A stretch of DNA of 63,603 nt, filler included, from Octopus bimaculoides (Eukaryota): assembly GCF_001194135.2 (NCBI RefSeq). It is 5 parts of 4 records of this genome, joined end to end, with 100 filler letters (N's around TTAATTAATTAA, not from the genome) between each part and the next. Parts side by side here need not be neighbours in the genome. Positions count along the whole stretch, not along the records: positions 1 to 20,999 come from NC_068982.1; 4 more parts are not named here. One strand, 5' to 3'. Positions 1 to 13,830 of this stretch are shown one piece after another. Position numbers and translations under genes: made by a program. Numbering within the stretch: position 1 is the stretch's first letter; every line of letters starts with the position of its first letter. A model generated the notes under the pieces. That model did not search any database. It saw nothing but the letters and a program-made list of their open reading frames with translations, and was not told the DNA's origin.

Positions 1-22
1 TTCTTGATTGTCCTGCAACCTC

Positions 23-56
<34 letters not shown>

Positions 57-363
57 CCCCCACCCGCTTTGCTTTTCCTTCTCTCTCCCTCCCTTTCTCC
101 CAAAAGGCAAAAGCAATGTTCTCCTCTTCTAAGCAAAAAGAAAGAAAGAAAGAAACATCCGATTCATGTAAATGAATAACGAAATGTTCTCTTTTTACCA
201 TTTTGATTTTGTCGTGACGAGTTCGTAAACAAACGAAAGCGCTAATAAAGAATAATCCAAAATTCTGACTACCTCCTTTTTCTCATACATACATACTTAC
301 ACATACACACACACACACATACACAGACATATACACATATATACATATACGTACACACACACA

Positions 364-409
<46 letters not shown>

Positions 410-438
410 ATATATATACACACATATGTATTATATAT

Positions 439-800
439 GATGGCTATCCACTCGCACCCGAGGAAGGCCATCTCTGTCCAAGCCCATGCAATGTGCCAGC
501 AATACCAATGAATGAGGTTATTGCACTCGCAGTCGACTTCACGCGGGTTCGTGCTCAGGGCTTCTGTGCTAACCCCGGCGTCCGCCTATTCAACGGGACA
601 TTGGAAAATCGTTTCATCAGTGATTACGCAACCTAAAATTTTAGATCCAATAAGGCTCGCACAGCTCCTCATAGACACTCTCCAGCCTACCGACTTGATC
701 CACAGACAAGCCATTGGAAAGACATCCATGGCCAATATGTGGTACAAGCTCAGGAATGTGGGAGCGCCATGATTTCAAGCGCAAAGAAAAGATTCCCAAA
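439..800 (-). mobile_element. degenerate RTE-like LINE 3' end
   Basis: The terminus gatggctatccactcgcacccgaggaaggccat resembles the RTE 3' end at 61875 (gatggccatccactcgtgatcgaagaagaccat) and abuts a microsatellite tail. The coding remnant is badly decayed. Confidence 0.4.
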
Positions 801-858
801 ATGTTCAATGCCATTTTCTGCTTATTTGGTTTTATATCAGAGTGACTTTCTCCTAGAG

Positions 859-1143
859 CAGGGCCGGCCAACCTGAGGCCCGCAGGCTGCATGCAGCTCG
901 CAGACTTTTATCTTGTGGCCACTTGATACTTTCTTGAAACGGGTTTATTTAAACAAGCATTTTAAGGAAAAGTAAAAAAGAAAGATACTGCTGTTTTTGA
1001 ATCAACGACCATTCATTCATTATTGTAATAATAGAACGAGTAAGCAAAATGCTTTCAATTCTGTCAGTATACAAGCAACCCCCCCCCCCCAAACTTTCTG
1101 TGATTAAAGTGGCCTGCAATGTAATTCGAGTTGGCCAGGCCTG
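859..1143. mobile_element. hAT-type MITE
   Basis: TIRs cagggccggccaac / gttggccaggcctg (12/14). 8-bp TSD tcctagag / tcctaaaa. Subterminal ggcccgcaggctgcatgc is typical of hAT MITEs. Confidence 0.75.
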
Positions 1144-1286
1144 TCCTAAAAACATTCTTTAGGGTATCATTTTGATACCAAAACATTTAAAACAAATTTG
1201 TACCTGCCGTTTATTCGTTTACCATAAACACGAATTATTTTGTTTTTGTCATACACATACATACTCACCCATGCAGACGTATTCAG

Positions 1287-1377
<91 letters not shown>

Positions 1378-3667
1378 AATTAAACAAATCACGACAATAT
1401 TAAATTCAAACTGGAGATCAAATTGTTATCATTAAGGACAAAAAGTAATGATCAAAAAAATTCAGATTGATTGATGAATATATATAAAGCGAAAATATGA
1501 AAATAGAATAAAATAAAATAAAAATATCCGATAGAACCGCTACGTACGAACACCAATCAATACTGAAATGAAAATGTGAATATGATGAAATAGCATCGAT
1601 TCAAAGGTAGGGAAAACAGTGACAATCGGTTCAATAATTACGAAAGTGAATTTAGAAAGAAATATAATACTGATTAATCCGATTTGTAAGAAAATACAAA
1701 CTCACAGATATTATATGCAACCGATAAATCGAGTACAAAACACGCGAACTGTAGTCGTCATAGGTACAAAAAACAAACACGATGGCTTCAGAAATTTTTG
1801 ATAAGGAGACAACGTTATTGTAAGAAATAAAAGTCACTTTTTATATGCTAAAATCTCCAAAATCTAGAGATGAAATTTTTCGAAGCAAATTTGTTTCAGC
1901 TTAAACTAGATATAACCTCTAAAAAGAAATCTTCACTTTAAGATAACTTTGCATTCAACTATATCTCTGGTACTTTTTACCAATTCAAGAGAAATTCAAT
2001 AACATTATGAATATTATTTAAATTTCTCTCCGCCTTGTGAAGAAAACGCAGTTAAGATTAACATTACGATTCAATTATAATATCCAGTTAATCTCATGTT
2101 ACTAATGTGAAAACTGTAAATCACAAACCTATAATGTTCCAAATAATCCAGTGACAAAAGTGTCTCTTATTATGGAGAAATGCTTTGAAGATTAATAAAA
2201 GCAAACTAATTAAATATAATTATCACAATCCAGTGTAGTAAATATAAATTATTACGGTTGGTGAAATACTTTTTGTTTCAGGCGTATACATTTCTAAATG
2301 TAAGCACTCGGTTATGACGCGGTAGGACAATGTTGAATGAAAAGAAAATTCACGAATAATTTAGTGGTTTGAAACGCTGGTAAAAATTCTAGAAGCCGAA
2401 GATAATTGAATGAATTGCTATGAAATATCTATGGATAATTCAACGCAGGTTTTTTCAAGGTAGATAGCTCGAAATTCTTGAATTTGAATATAATTTGATA
2501 TGTGCTTCTATCAGATACTAATCAAAAATGTGCATTTATAAAATAAAAAGCGCTAAACTACAATCAATACTTCCTTTCTTCATCATATAAAATTAAGGTA
2601 ATATGTTGTGATTTGAAGGAGAATTGTCTGCTTTATTCTAGGAAGTTTGGCGAATGCGTCGAAGTCCCTTCCAAGTAGAATTAAAGATGCTATCATATTC
2701 AGAACCTGCGGTAAAGGCTTCACTATCTANNNNNNNNNNNNNNNNNNNNNNNNNNNNNNNNNNNNNNNNNNNNNNNNNNNNNNNNNNNNNNNNNNNNNNN
2801 NNNNNNNNNNNNNNNNNNNNNNNNNNNNNNNNNNNNNNNNNNNNNNNNNNNNNNNNNNNNNNNNNNNNNNNNNNNNNNNNNNNNNNNNNNNNNNNNNNNN
2901 NNNNNNNNNNNNNNNNNNNNNNNNNNNNNNNNNNNNNNNNNNNNNNNNNNNNNNNNNNNNNNNNNNNNNNNNNNNNNNNNNNNNNNNNNNNNNNNNNNNN
3001 NNNNNNNNNNNNNNNNNNNNNNNNNNNNNNNNNNNNNNNNNNNNNNNNNNNNNNNNNNNNNNNNNNNNNNNNNNNNNNNNNNNNNNNNNNNNNNNNNNNN
3101 NNNNNNNNNNNNNNNNNNNNNNNNNNNNNNNNNNNNNNNNNNNNNNNNNNNNNNNNNNNNNNNNNNNNNNNNNNNNNNNNNNNNNNNNNNNNNTATATAT
3201 ATATATATTATAATATATATGCTTGTGTATAAGTATGTATAAATATGCTCTTGTTGCCAAGTTTATTGTAGGAGCTGAAATTTATAAAACAAAGTGTCAA
3301 GAATAGATGACACAGTAAGAATACCGTTTCAAATATACCATGTCTCCTTTCCACACTTTTGGTCCAGAATTAATTACTCTTTCACATCAAAACGTAAGAA
3401 TATGTAAAATTTTACACTTTGGTTTTGTTTCTGGATACGATCAATAAACGTGCTTGTTGAGAGAGGCTGTCAACTGATTCTCAAGCAATTGTAGGCTAAA
3501 AGAGCCGTCGTTTAAGCGAATAATTTTTGTATGGCAACCAGAGGGTGGGAAGAATTTCGGCACACACGTCCTGTAGTATATTTAGAGCGAATCAAATAGT
3601 GGGGCATATAATATTACCAATTCATAGGAGCACAAAATAAGGAAGATGTTAAATATTGCTATGGTAC

Positions 3668-4110
3668 TGACATAGTCGTGCGGTTAAAAAATATTTTGCT
3701 TCGCAACCATGAAGTTTTGGGCTTGGTCAAACTACGTGAAACCTTGGGCAATTATCTTCTACCTGAGTCTATTATACGACCAATGTATTGTGGATGAATT
3801 TGTTAGACGGAAACCCTGCATAAGCCTGTCAGACATATGCGTGTGTGTTTGTGTGCGTGCGTTTTGTTTGTTTGTATGTATACATGTCTATTTGTGAGTG
3901 CCTTTATGTTTTGCTTGACCCCCGCCATTTGACAACCGGTGTCGGTTTGTTTAAATCTCCGTAAACTCGCAGTTTACATAAGAACATTTATAAGTAATAA
4001 ATGCTTGACTTAAAAATAAGATTGCAGTCAACTTATTCGACTCACCTTAGAAGGTCGTGCTCCAGCATGGCCGCTATCCATTGCCTGAAACAAATAAAAG
4101 AGTATAAAGA
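3668..4110 (+). mobile_element. old copy of the abundant tRNA-derived SINE (family B, internal microsatellite)
   Basis: Retains ccttgggcaa core, internal (GT)n, gacaaccg and gtgctccagcatggccgc...gaaacaaataaaagag tail shared with 49371-49760. Confidence 0.7.
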
Positions 4111-5059
4111 GTATACAATATACAGTTATAAAGAAAGAAGAATAGGAATTGTACACAATATGTATGAGATTTATCATGAACTTTGACGTCATGTGGGCGT
4201 GTGGTTAGGTTGTTGCACTTAGAATCGCAAGATCATCGACTCAATTCCTAGACAAGGCGCTGTGTTGTGGTCTTGAACAACACGCTGCTCTGCGAGCATT
4301 TTGATATCCGACGCATAGCACACCATGCACCTGTACCGGCAATGCCAATTTGATGAAAGGAGTGAGCTGATGTACGGCACAAACATTTCATTAGTATAAA
4401 CGCATCATCTCTGCAGGTTGTTGTGCAAGAAGTTGCAGAACTCTCCTCTGTTGTTTACGTCAGGAGAGTCCACAAAAGCAAACCTCGAATTACAGCAGTC
4501 CTGTTTAGAGCCATATCTTTGGGCACGAAACCACAACAAACGTAATGAAGCGTACTTATGCACTGGAATAAAAATACAGAATGATAATCTAGGAGGTAAT
4601 GTTTGTTACTGCAGTGAACACCAACCGTTAAAGTTTCTGGCATTACACGTACAATCACCGCCACCTGCAGACATTCAGCCTTTATAAATAACTCCTTAGA
4701 AATTTGCAAGCAAATGGTTCTGAGTTTATTTTCACTCAAAGCAAACATGAAAAATATGCGCATAGTACAGGAATGTATACATGCTTGCTCGACTCGTTAG
4801 AAACAACAACTTAGTCTACATCAAATCAACTGTATACTGTCAAGTGTAACTACAGCACTGTAGTTAATGTATGCGTTGAAACAATGAATCTGAAAAAGAA
4901 AGGAAATGAGATCATTTGTATTATGTAGAAAGATATATTCATAAAAAAAGCACAGCGGTTTCTCTGAAGGACTCGCGATAAATAAGTAAAATCTCATTTT
5001 TCCAAGTCTTCATTAAAGTCACGCTTACTACCATTTTCTAGTGTACAGCCTGGGTTCGA

Positions 5060-6560
5060 AAAGTAATCCACTGACACAAACTTTTCTCTGAATACGAGCC
5101 TAGGTGGTCACTTGAACAGGAACCGCCCCAGCTTGAGCCCTCCAAGTCCAACACCACACCTACCACAGAAATAAAAATTTAAGAGGATCAAATGGACCCG
5201 AGAAGAATTTACAGAATATACGCCTATTACTATGCATTAGGCAGGCCATCTAAAGAATGACACACCACACACTCTAATCAAATATAGAGAGCATGAAAGC
5301 AAGACATCAGACCATATCTAGACGAAAAAAGTTAGCAAATATTAGAAGGAATATCTTCAGAAATAAAAGACTCACAGATTATGAAATAACCGCGATCAAG
5401 CACGCAGCGGAAAATTACTTAAATATAAGACAGAAAGGAAATGAAGAACGAGACGAAGAGAGCAAATCTCCACAAGTCTGAATTGAAAGACTGCCATCTG
5501 ACTAGAGTACGCAAATGTCTGAAGAAATAAATTGTAATGAACCTGATAAAGATAGTGATGAAAGTGGTAAAAATAAACAATATTTGAAGATTACACATTT
5601 ACTGAAGAACATAGAGAGTCTATAATAAAAATGAAGCAGAAAATCCTGAAAAAGTTTGAAGTTGTCACGCCAATATGCATGATAGAGAACCACTTCACAA
5701 ACTCTCAAATACAGTCCAAAATAGAAAAGAAATTAAAATTGGAAACTATGTAACAAAAGAAATTATACAAGAATTCAAACCAGATCTCACTGAATTAAAC
5801 GAAATTATTTACGCAGCTACTAAGACAATTGAAACCAGTTCTATGTCTCTAAAAAGAAAAACAAAAGCAATAAGAACCTGAGAAGAATTCCAAACTGGAA
5901 ATGTAAAATTGAAAAAAAGAGATTGAAATAATGAGAGGTGAAATTTTAATATTGAATGAACTAGCTTGTGGAATCGATGTAAAATCAAGAAAAGGAAGAA
6001 GAGGAAGAGAAAACATAGATTCTCAACAAGAGAAGACCTGCTTTACACAAAAGAAACACTGCAACAAAAAGTCCAAGCAAAAGCTCAAAGAATATGAAGA
6101 TTTTAGAAGAGAAACAAGTTTTACAAGCAAAATAAGCTGTTCAGATCCAATGTGAAAACATTCCACAGAGAAATAGGGAAGGAGAAAATAACTGTTGCAG
6201 ACCTCTCTCCCATAGGAGAAGTTGAAAAAATTTGAAAAAATATCTGGAGTGATGAAAAGACTTACAATGAAAATGCAGACTGGATTAGACGCATAGAAAG
6301 ACCCTATCAATTTAAGGTTGAGTATTTGTGCAGAATGGGAATAATAAAGAAGGGATCTGAGAAGTATATTAAACGACTCCCTGGTATATTAAACAAATCC
6401 AATCTCCGTGAACCACAAAAGATAACCTTGATGTGTAGCCCATATACCACGGAAAGGTTTAAAATAAAAGTAGTGGGAAAAGATGATAGAGATGTGACCC
6501 TCCTGATACAGGAAGGCCTCTAGGGATAATCGAGGAACCCCACTATCCGAAATTTCCCTG
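5060..6560 (+). mobile_element. internally deleted R4/Dong-like (RLE) non-LTR retrotransposon remnant
   Basis: Frameshifted peptides: RIKWTREEF..YAYYYALGRPS, RPYLDEKKLANIRRNIFRNKRLTDYEITAIK, DLTELNEIIYAAT, NKLFRSNVKTFHREIGKEKI..IWSDEKTYNENADWIRRIE. These jump directly to the C-terminal GIIKKGSEKYIKRLPGILNKSNLREPQKITLM. No RT core is present. Confidence 0.65.
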
Positions 6561-7255
6561 AAACCCCAGGAGCAAGTGACCTCGCTAATTTCTTCTCTCC
6601 GTCTCACAGGTCTACACTTAGAGAAATACCATCCCTTCTTGCCATTTTCGCAATTTTCACCCACCTTTCGTGTGTGTGTGTGTGTGTAAGTATAGAAATA
6701 CATATACATTTATAATCTGTATACATAAATATATACATCTGTGTGTGTTCAAATATATACATGCTTACAATCACGATCACACACATATATGTAGTAAGAG
6801 ATAGATAGATAGATAGAGAGAGAGAAAGAGAGGAGGGAGAGTGAGAGAAATGTTGATAGAGACAGGTTATATAGATACAAAAAAGTTTGGTACGGTGAAA
6901 TAGAGGAAAGACTGATTAACAGAAAGACAGACTGATAGAGAGATATAAAGGAAGGGCGTACTAAAGAAGTATGGATAAATAGACAGATACGAAAGATAGT
7001 TATTTTTCCGAAAAATAATACATAAGAAAATGGGAAGGGTGAAAGAGAGATATTTAAATAAACAAGCAAAGAACGTCAGAAAGGAAAACTAGAAAACAAG
7101 AATTCGCTAAAGAAATGAGCGAATGATGAGAATATATATCGTTTCTTCCACTGAAAAAAGATCATCATTTTGAAGAGAGATATATACCGATAGGAAGAGA
7201 TAGAAAATGACGGCTGGGGAAGAGAATAAGGCAAATATTAACACACATGCAGAGA

Positions 7256-7362
<107 letters not shown>

Positions 7363-7370
7363 AGAAAGAA

Positions 7371-7406
<36 letters not shown>

Positions 7407-8364
7407 GTTCTCACTAGGACATTAATCTTACCGAGATAGCGACACATCGAAATAGATTGTTTGTCTTGTCTTCCACTATAGATCTCTGGGACATATCCAT
7501 GGGAACTCTGTGTAAGGATAAATAAATAAGCAATACAACTAACAACAACAAAAGAAGATTCGGTAGTAAAACCTTGTTTGGTGGTTTTAGCTGAAGACTT
7601 GTTGGTTTTTCATTTAAAACTGTACAAGTTGTGATAATTGCATTATGGACTTACATAAATCACTAAAGTTGATCTTTTCTTCGAAAAAGGTCGAAAGCTT
7701 TACTATTGTTTTTCGAAAATAACTTGTTTTCTGCATAAACAGCGATCAGTTATGAAGGTTAGAAGAAAAAGGGGTGAGAAAGAGAGAGAGATGAGAAGCG
7801 CGGGAAAAGGAACATCAATAATAAGAACAACAAAAATAGACACTGCGTGAGATTATTGTTATCGGAAGAAAAGATCTTGTCAAACTGTGGTAGGTTAATT
7901 GAATTGTTACGGGCTATTTCATTCTTAAAGTAAAGAAATGATTGTCAGTAAAATAACAACTATTTTGTATTTACGTTCCTTCAAATGCCGAAGTGGTTAT
8001 TTGCAATTAATATTTCTAATTTTTCTTAGTATCGGGAGTTCCCACGGAAAAATCCAAAAATGGTCTTTCATGACCATCTACTAATTTGAAACTAGGGTAT
8101 ATTTTGTGACTTCACGGGGCAGATTGCACTGGCAAAATACATATGACAAGCAAACGCCATGTAGGAATCTCATACAGAATGTGTTAAATTCAACAAAAGA
8201 AGCTAAGGCAAAATGCCTCATGCAAGATTTATGTAAATTGCATACGATGGAATAAAGTCTTGTCGAAAATCTTCGATATTCTGTGATTAACCAGTCAAAA
8301 TCTCGCTGTGAGATTGTTTAAAAGCAAGACAGATAACTCCAATGAGTGTATGTGAATAAATGTG

Positions 8365-9622
8365 TGTGCGGTGAATAAATTGTCATCTTAATTACACAAA
8401 AATGAAGATAAATCCGACATCTCATTTTAACAGATATATTTACATAAAAATATCTTGAAATATTAAAGAGTAAATTTATTCAATAAAATCGCCATTGGCT
8501 TCAACCACGCTTCCAGACGACTTCGGAATCTCCTGCAACTCTTCTAGACGGTCTCCTTGTTTAAGTTGGTGAATGCTGCCATAATCCTTGCCTTCAGTTC
8601 ATCTTTGGTATTACAAGGAGTTTTGTAGGTCTCTTGCTCAACTGCGCTCCACAGATAATAATGAAGTGGGTTGCCGTCTGGCGAGTTAGGTGGCCAGATG
8701 TTAGGGGTGATGTTGTAGCAGACCTTGTTTGACAGCCATGACTGGGTTGTCCTACCTGTGTGCATGGTGCAGAGTCCTGTTGCCAGACATATTGTCTTCC
8801 AGCAGCCATCCTCTTGACCCAGGGCAGTAATACCACCTCCAGATACTTGATGTAGGCCTTCATGTTGAGTCTGAGGCCATGTCCGAAGATGAATGGGGGC
8901 ATAACGTCGCCATCACTAGTACTCACTTCAAACACCATGGTGTTGACCGGATGTTTTATTTTTATAACGCTCAGGTACAAGCCAACGGTTGTTCTATGTT
9001 TTCAACATTTGATCCTGGCAGGAATTTTTCTCGTCTGAGAAAAACCAAAGCATGTTAGGTTGGAGGGGATGTTTAGTTTGTTCAAAAGCTTCGTAGTGCG
9101 GTCTTCCTCCAGTTTTTGAAGACTTGGGTTAAAAATTGGCCCTTTCCCATCTTATATGAGAAATACCGAATATCTTCATGCACTACCTGCCTGATAAGAA
9201 ATTCAGACACTCCCATGTCCTAGTTGATGGACTTGATTGACTTGGAGGGATCGTTGTCAACCATGGCCTGGATCTCACCAACAAATTCAGGAGTTTTTTT
9301 TATGATCAGAAGGATCAGAGTGAGTTTTCTGAGCTGCCGTACTTTCGTAATCACCATTAGACTCATTCAGCTCTTTCCGAATCCTCAGCACTGTCCTCAG
9401 ATTGACACCCAGGCAGTCTGAAATGTTCGTACTGGAGCTTCCGGCGTGATTGCCAAGCAGCACAGCATGTCATTTCGAAATTTCTGGCAGATTGAATTGC
9501 ATCACGGTGCTGTTTTTTTCTCACAGACAGTGCCCAGCTGACCTTGCTATACTGTGTAGTCGACAAAATCAAAAACAAACAATGCGCATGCGCGAAATTA
9601 AAAATATGAAATGGTCACAATT
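8365..9622 (-). mobile_element. Tc1/mariner maT-type (DD37D) transposon, decayed
   Basis: TIR-like gtgcggtgaataaattgtca at the left end. The right end (gtcacaatt) runs into an N gap. Contains the transposase pseudogene below. Confidence 0.85.
8476..9502 (-). pseudogene. DD37D (maT) transposase pseudogene
   Basis: HTH ...ISDCLGVNLRTVLRIRKEL..., first D in WFFSDEKN, second D in WQQDSAPC(H)T, then WPPNSPDGNPL[H]YY with 37 residues spacing and the third D mutated to H. C-terminus VEANGDFIE*. 1-bp deletion near 8763 and several stops. Confidence 0.88.
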
Positions 9623-10685
9623 NNNNNNNNNNNNNNNNNNNNNNNNNNNNNNNNNNNNNNNNNNNNNNNNNNATATATATATATATATATATACACACGT
9701 ACACACGTATATGAATGTATGTATGTTTGTATGTGTGTGTTTGTATCTCTCTCTCACTCACTCGCTCACTCACTCTCTCCCCCACTCACTCACCTCCAAC
9801 ATTTCAAACTGGCAGATTTGTTATAGTGTTGGGTAGAATACTTTGGGATATTATCTTGGCTCTCCTCACTTTGAGTTCAAACCTTATCGCGGCCGCCTTT
9901 GCCTTTCCCCCTTTGGTATTCGATAGCGTGAGGGGTGAAGCAAGACGTCTTGTGACATCTGTTTCAGCTTTTGGGGTTTTCCCGCCAGCACCTGCAACCT
10001 TACTCTTAGATAAGCATCGGTGGTGTATGGAACTGGGAGACCTGCAGGTTTGGGCAACAACTAGTGTTTCTCAATTGATCTTATTGATTTCTGAAGATAC
10101 ATGTGGAAATATATTATCAAATTTGGCCAACGGAGACCCTGTATTTGAAAATAGAGGCATTGTAGCGACACTAACTGTAAATATCAATAATATCATTGAC
10201 ACTAATTAGCGACACTAAGTTTGAATATCAATAATATCATTGAAAGAAAATACCATACAGGGGCGTTTTGCTTACAAAATAAAAAATATCGTACGGTCTC
10301 ACATATATAATATTCTGTTCAAGAAAATAAATCAACTAAAATTATCCATCTTACATTGTACATAGTTTCAAATATTTTTGTTTAAATGCTCTTATGATAG
10401 TCCTGCCCTGCTTTCACGGAAATTCTAATAGGAACTCCTTTTCCTATCCGGGGTACGGCAGTAGTTTTGTATGATTTCTCATGCAAACTCTTTGTCCTCA
10501 TTTGTATGACAATGACAAGTTGCGACTTTTAGGCACTGTGATAAAAGTCATTCAACTACCCTTTCAGCTTTAATCCTGAAACTTAAAGACGAAGGCACCA
10601 ACTACGGCATCAAATGAAATATATATATATGAATGTATATACATGTGCCTATACTGAAAAGGATTATAAAATTAAAACAAACATT

Positions 10686-10732
<47 letters not shown>

Positions 10733-11023
10733 ATATATTCATATATACGTATGTGTGTGTGTGTATACAAGCACGCACATAAACACACACACACAGACAC
10801 ACACATATTCGAGTGGAAGTAAAAAAATATCCGCAGTTTCGCCATAACATATCTTTATTATTGACACTCCCTTCTGCGTATGCGTGCTTATAGTTGGTAC
10901 TATTGTAGTCACGTGATCGAAGTTTGAGCTTTGCCGTGCCATTTTCCTTTCTAGCTTTACAGTGTAAGCATGGCCGGAAGTCAAGGGATATAACTCTTCA
11001 ATTTATCTGAAACATTCAACACA

Positions 11024-11583
11024 ATCATGCAAAACCTACCAATACTACATAAGGACCCTAAACTGAAAAGAATTCTACGTTACCTAAAAATAGTCAAAAG
11101 CAACAAACAGCCCAAGTTACTAAAGAAAATACTAACAAATGCAAAATTACTTCCAACTATAACCAATGCAAAAGTGAAAAAATGTAATCGTTCAAATTGA
11201 GGAACATGCCCCAACCTTTTGGAAGGGTCAGAATACCCTTTCAAACAAGGGCAGCAGTTACAATCAAATAAGATTTCACTTGTGCGTCCGAAAATCTAAT
11301 ATATGTGATCAGATGCTCGGGCTGCCAAAAAGATTATGTCAGAAGAACAGGAAATTCTATTCGCCGCCGCTCTACAGTGCACCGGCAACAAATAGCTTAA
11401 ACACCATATCGCCAGATATATCTCAGCCGACATATTGACGTATGTGCTAAACAATTGCAACCACAGTTCTATATATTCCCTCTGTACAAATTTGCTGACT
11501 GGATCTCAACACAAGTTCGTTTTAATAAAGAAGCTTCATTCATCCAGAAATATAAACCAGAACTGAACATTAATTCATTTTAG
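11024..11583 (+). pseudogene. Penelope-like element, Cys-rich linker plus GIY-YIG endonuclease (Neptune-like)
   Basis: KKCNRSN*GTCPNL (C-x4-C-x2-C linker), one frameshift, then DFTCASENLIYVIRCSGCQKDYVRRTGNSIRRRSTVHRQQI...SRHIDVC...RFNKEASFIQKYKPELN. Confidence 0.85.
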
Positions 11584-12212
11584 TAACAAACCAACCCTAA
11601 CTAGAACAGAACAACATTCAATTCTTCTTTCCACCCTTAGAATATTTGTAAATAACCCCCTAACACTTGTGTATCTAATTCACATATCTTTATACATTAA
11701 GAATATCAGTACAAAGACCCTAACAATACTTTGAAAGTAACTTGTAATTTTCAGATAAATTGAAGAGTTACATCCCTTGACTGCAAAAAATATTGTCAAC
11801 AAAAATGGCACTCCCATGAGTTAAAACTGAGATTTTGGAAGTTTGATAAGCGTAAGATGCGAAACCCAGTTTATAATATAATGTTGAAATGCAACTCCTT
11901 ATTTCATTATGATCTTAATTTTAGCATAAATTTTATCATACAAACCTCCTGTGCATTTTTACATATTTTTCTTTCTTAAATATCTACAACCACATGTAAA
12001 CAAGATCTGACACATTNNNNNNNNNNNNNNNNNNNNNNNNNNNNNNNNNNNNNNNNNNNNNNNNNNNNNNNNNNNNNNNNNNNNNNNNNNNNNNNNNNNN
12101 NNNNNNNNNNNNNNNNNNNNNNNNNNNNNNNNNNNNNNNNNNNNNNNNNNNNNNNNNNNNNNNNNNNNNNNNNNNNNNNNNNNNNNNNNNNNNNNNNNNN
12201 NNNNNNNNNNNN

Positions 12213-12272
<60 letters not shown>

Positions 12273-12767
12273 AGTGTATGTATGTATGTATGTATGTATG
12301 TATGTATATATGTATGCAAGTGTGTGTGTGTGTATATATAAATGCGCTTATACATATTACTAGTTAAAGTAACTGGATGCAAACGTCTTCGCTAGATGTC
12401 TATGCTACAGAAACGTGCTTCGGGAAAATTGAAATCAAATATGCTCTAATTGACAGTAGAGATAACAATAATATAAAACCAAGCAGATGTACTAATCTCC
12501 GTATTTCATTGTTGCTGTATGGTGATATACAGCAAGTTAAATATTCATAATCTAAAGAAGGGGACCCAGGGTTAACCCGTAGGATAAAATACAGTGGGGT
12601 TGCTTACCTCAAGTAATTCTAGGTGAACATTACAACTCGATGCGGTTAGCTTTAACATGGAGTGTAACTAAGAGCTTGAATGGTACCCGCCCGAATATTG
12701 TATCCCTATTTGTTCACTACACACACACACACACACACACACACGTTTTTATATATATTCTCTTTTT

Positions 12768-13086
12768 CTTTTACTTGTTTCAGTCATTTGACTGTGACCA
12801 TGCTGGAGCACCGCCTTTGGTCGAGCAAATCGACCCCGGGATTTATTCTTTGTAAGCCTAGTACTTATTCTACCGGTCTCTTTTGCCGAACCGCTAGATG
12901 ACGGGGACATAAACACACCAGCATCGGTTGTCAAGCAATGCTAAGGGGACAATCACAGACACACAAACACACAAACATATATATATATACATATATACGA
13001 CGGGCTTCTTTCAGTTTCCGTCTACCAAATCCACTCACACGTCTTTGGTCGGCCCGAGGCTATAGTAGATGACACTTGCCCAAGAT
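12768..13086 (-). mobile_element. SINE family B
   Basis: High similarity to the reverse complement of 49371-49760. Runs into an N gap. Confidence 0.85.
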
Positions 13087-13799
13087 NNNNNNNNNNNNNN
13101 NNNNNNNNNNNNNNNNNNNNNNNNNNNNNNNNNNNNNNNNNNNNNNNNNNNNNNNNNNNNNNNNNNNNNNNNNNNNNNNNNNNNNNNNNNNNNNNNNNNN
13201 NNNNNNNNNNNNNNNNNNNNNNNNNNNNNNNNNNNNNNNNNNNNNNNNNNNNNNNNNNNNNNNNNNNNNNNNNNNNNNNNNNNNNNNNNNNNNNNNNNNN
13301 NNNNNNNNNNNNNNNNNNNNNNNNNNNNNNNNNNNNNNNNNNNNNNNNNNNNNNNNNNNNNNNNNNNNNNNNNNNNNNNNNNNNNNNNNNNNNNNNNNNN
13401 NNNNNNNNNNNNNNNNNNNNNNNNNNNNNNNNNNNNNNNNNNNNNNNNNNNNNNNNNNNNNNNNNNNNNNNNNNNNNNNNNNNNNNNNNNNNNNNNNNNN
13501 NNTATATTTATATATATATATAATTCAGCCTTATAATTTAAGCGCTAAGGAGAATAACTCTTTTATCTTTTTACTTTTTCTTCTTATTTTATTATTTTTT
13601 TTGTTTTCGTTTTCCGTTTTTTACCTTCTGCGTTTTCTATATACTACCTTCTCAGTGTTTTTTGCGTTTCTTCTATTATTCACCTTTTTTTGGGTTCGTT
13701 ATGATATGAAGAATATGTTTGAGATATTTCCCAACATATATAACTATTAGTTGACTTAAAGACATGTACTGAGTCCTTCGAGTATGTCTGTGTGTTTGA

Positions 13800-13830
<31 letters not shown>

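Noticed and set aside
520-530. Short matches to miRNAs (tattgcactcg, miR-92-like; taaagaagtatgga at 6962, miR-1-like; tgagatcatt at 4907, bantam-like)
   Set aside because: These are partial matches with no precursor hairpin, as expected by chance.
9715-10209. 164-aa plus-strand ORF
   Set aside because: It starts in a microsatellite, passes through a decayed SINE A (9808-9925) and ends in a 44-bp tandem duplication. No recognisable domain.
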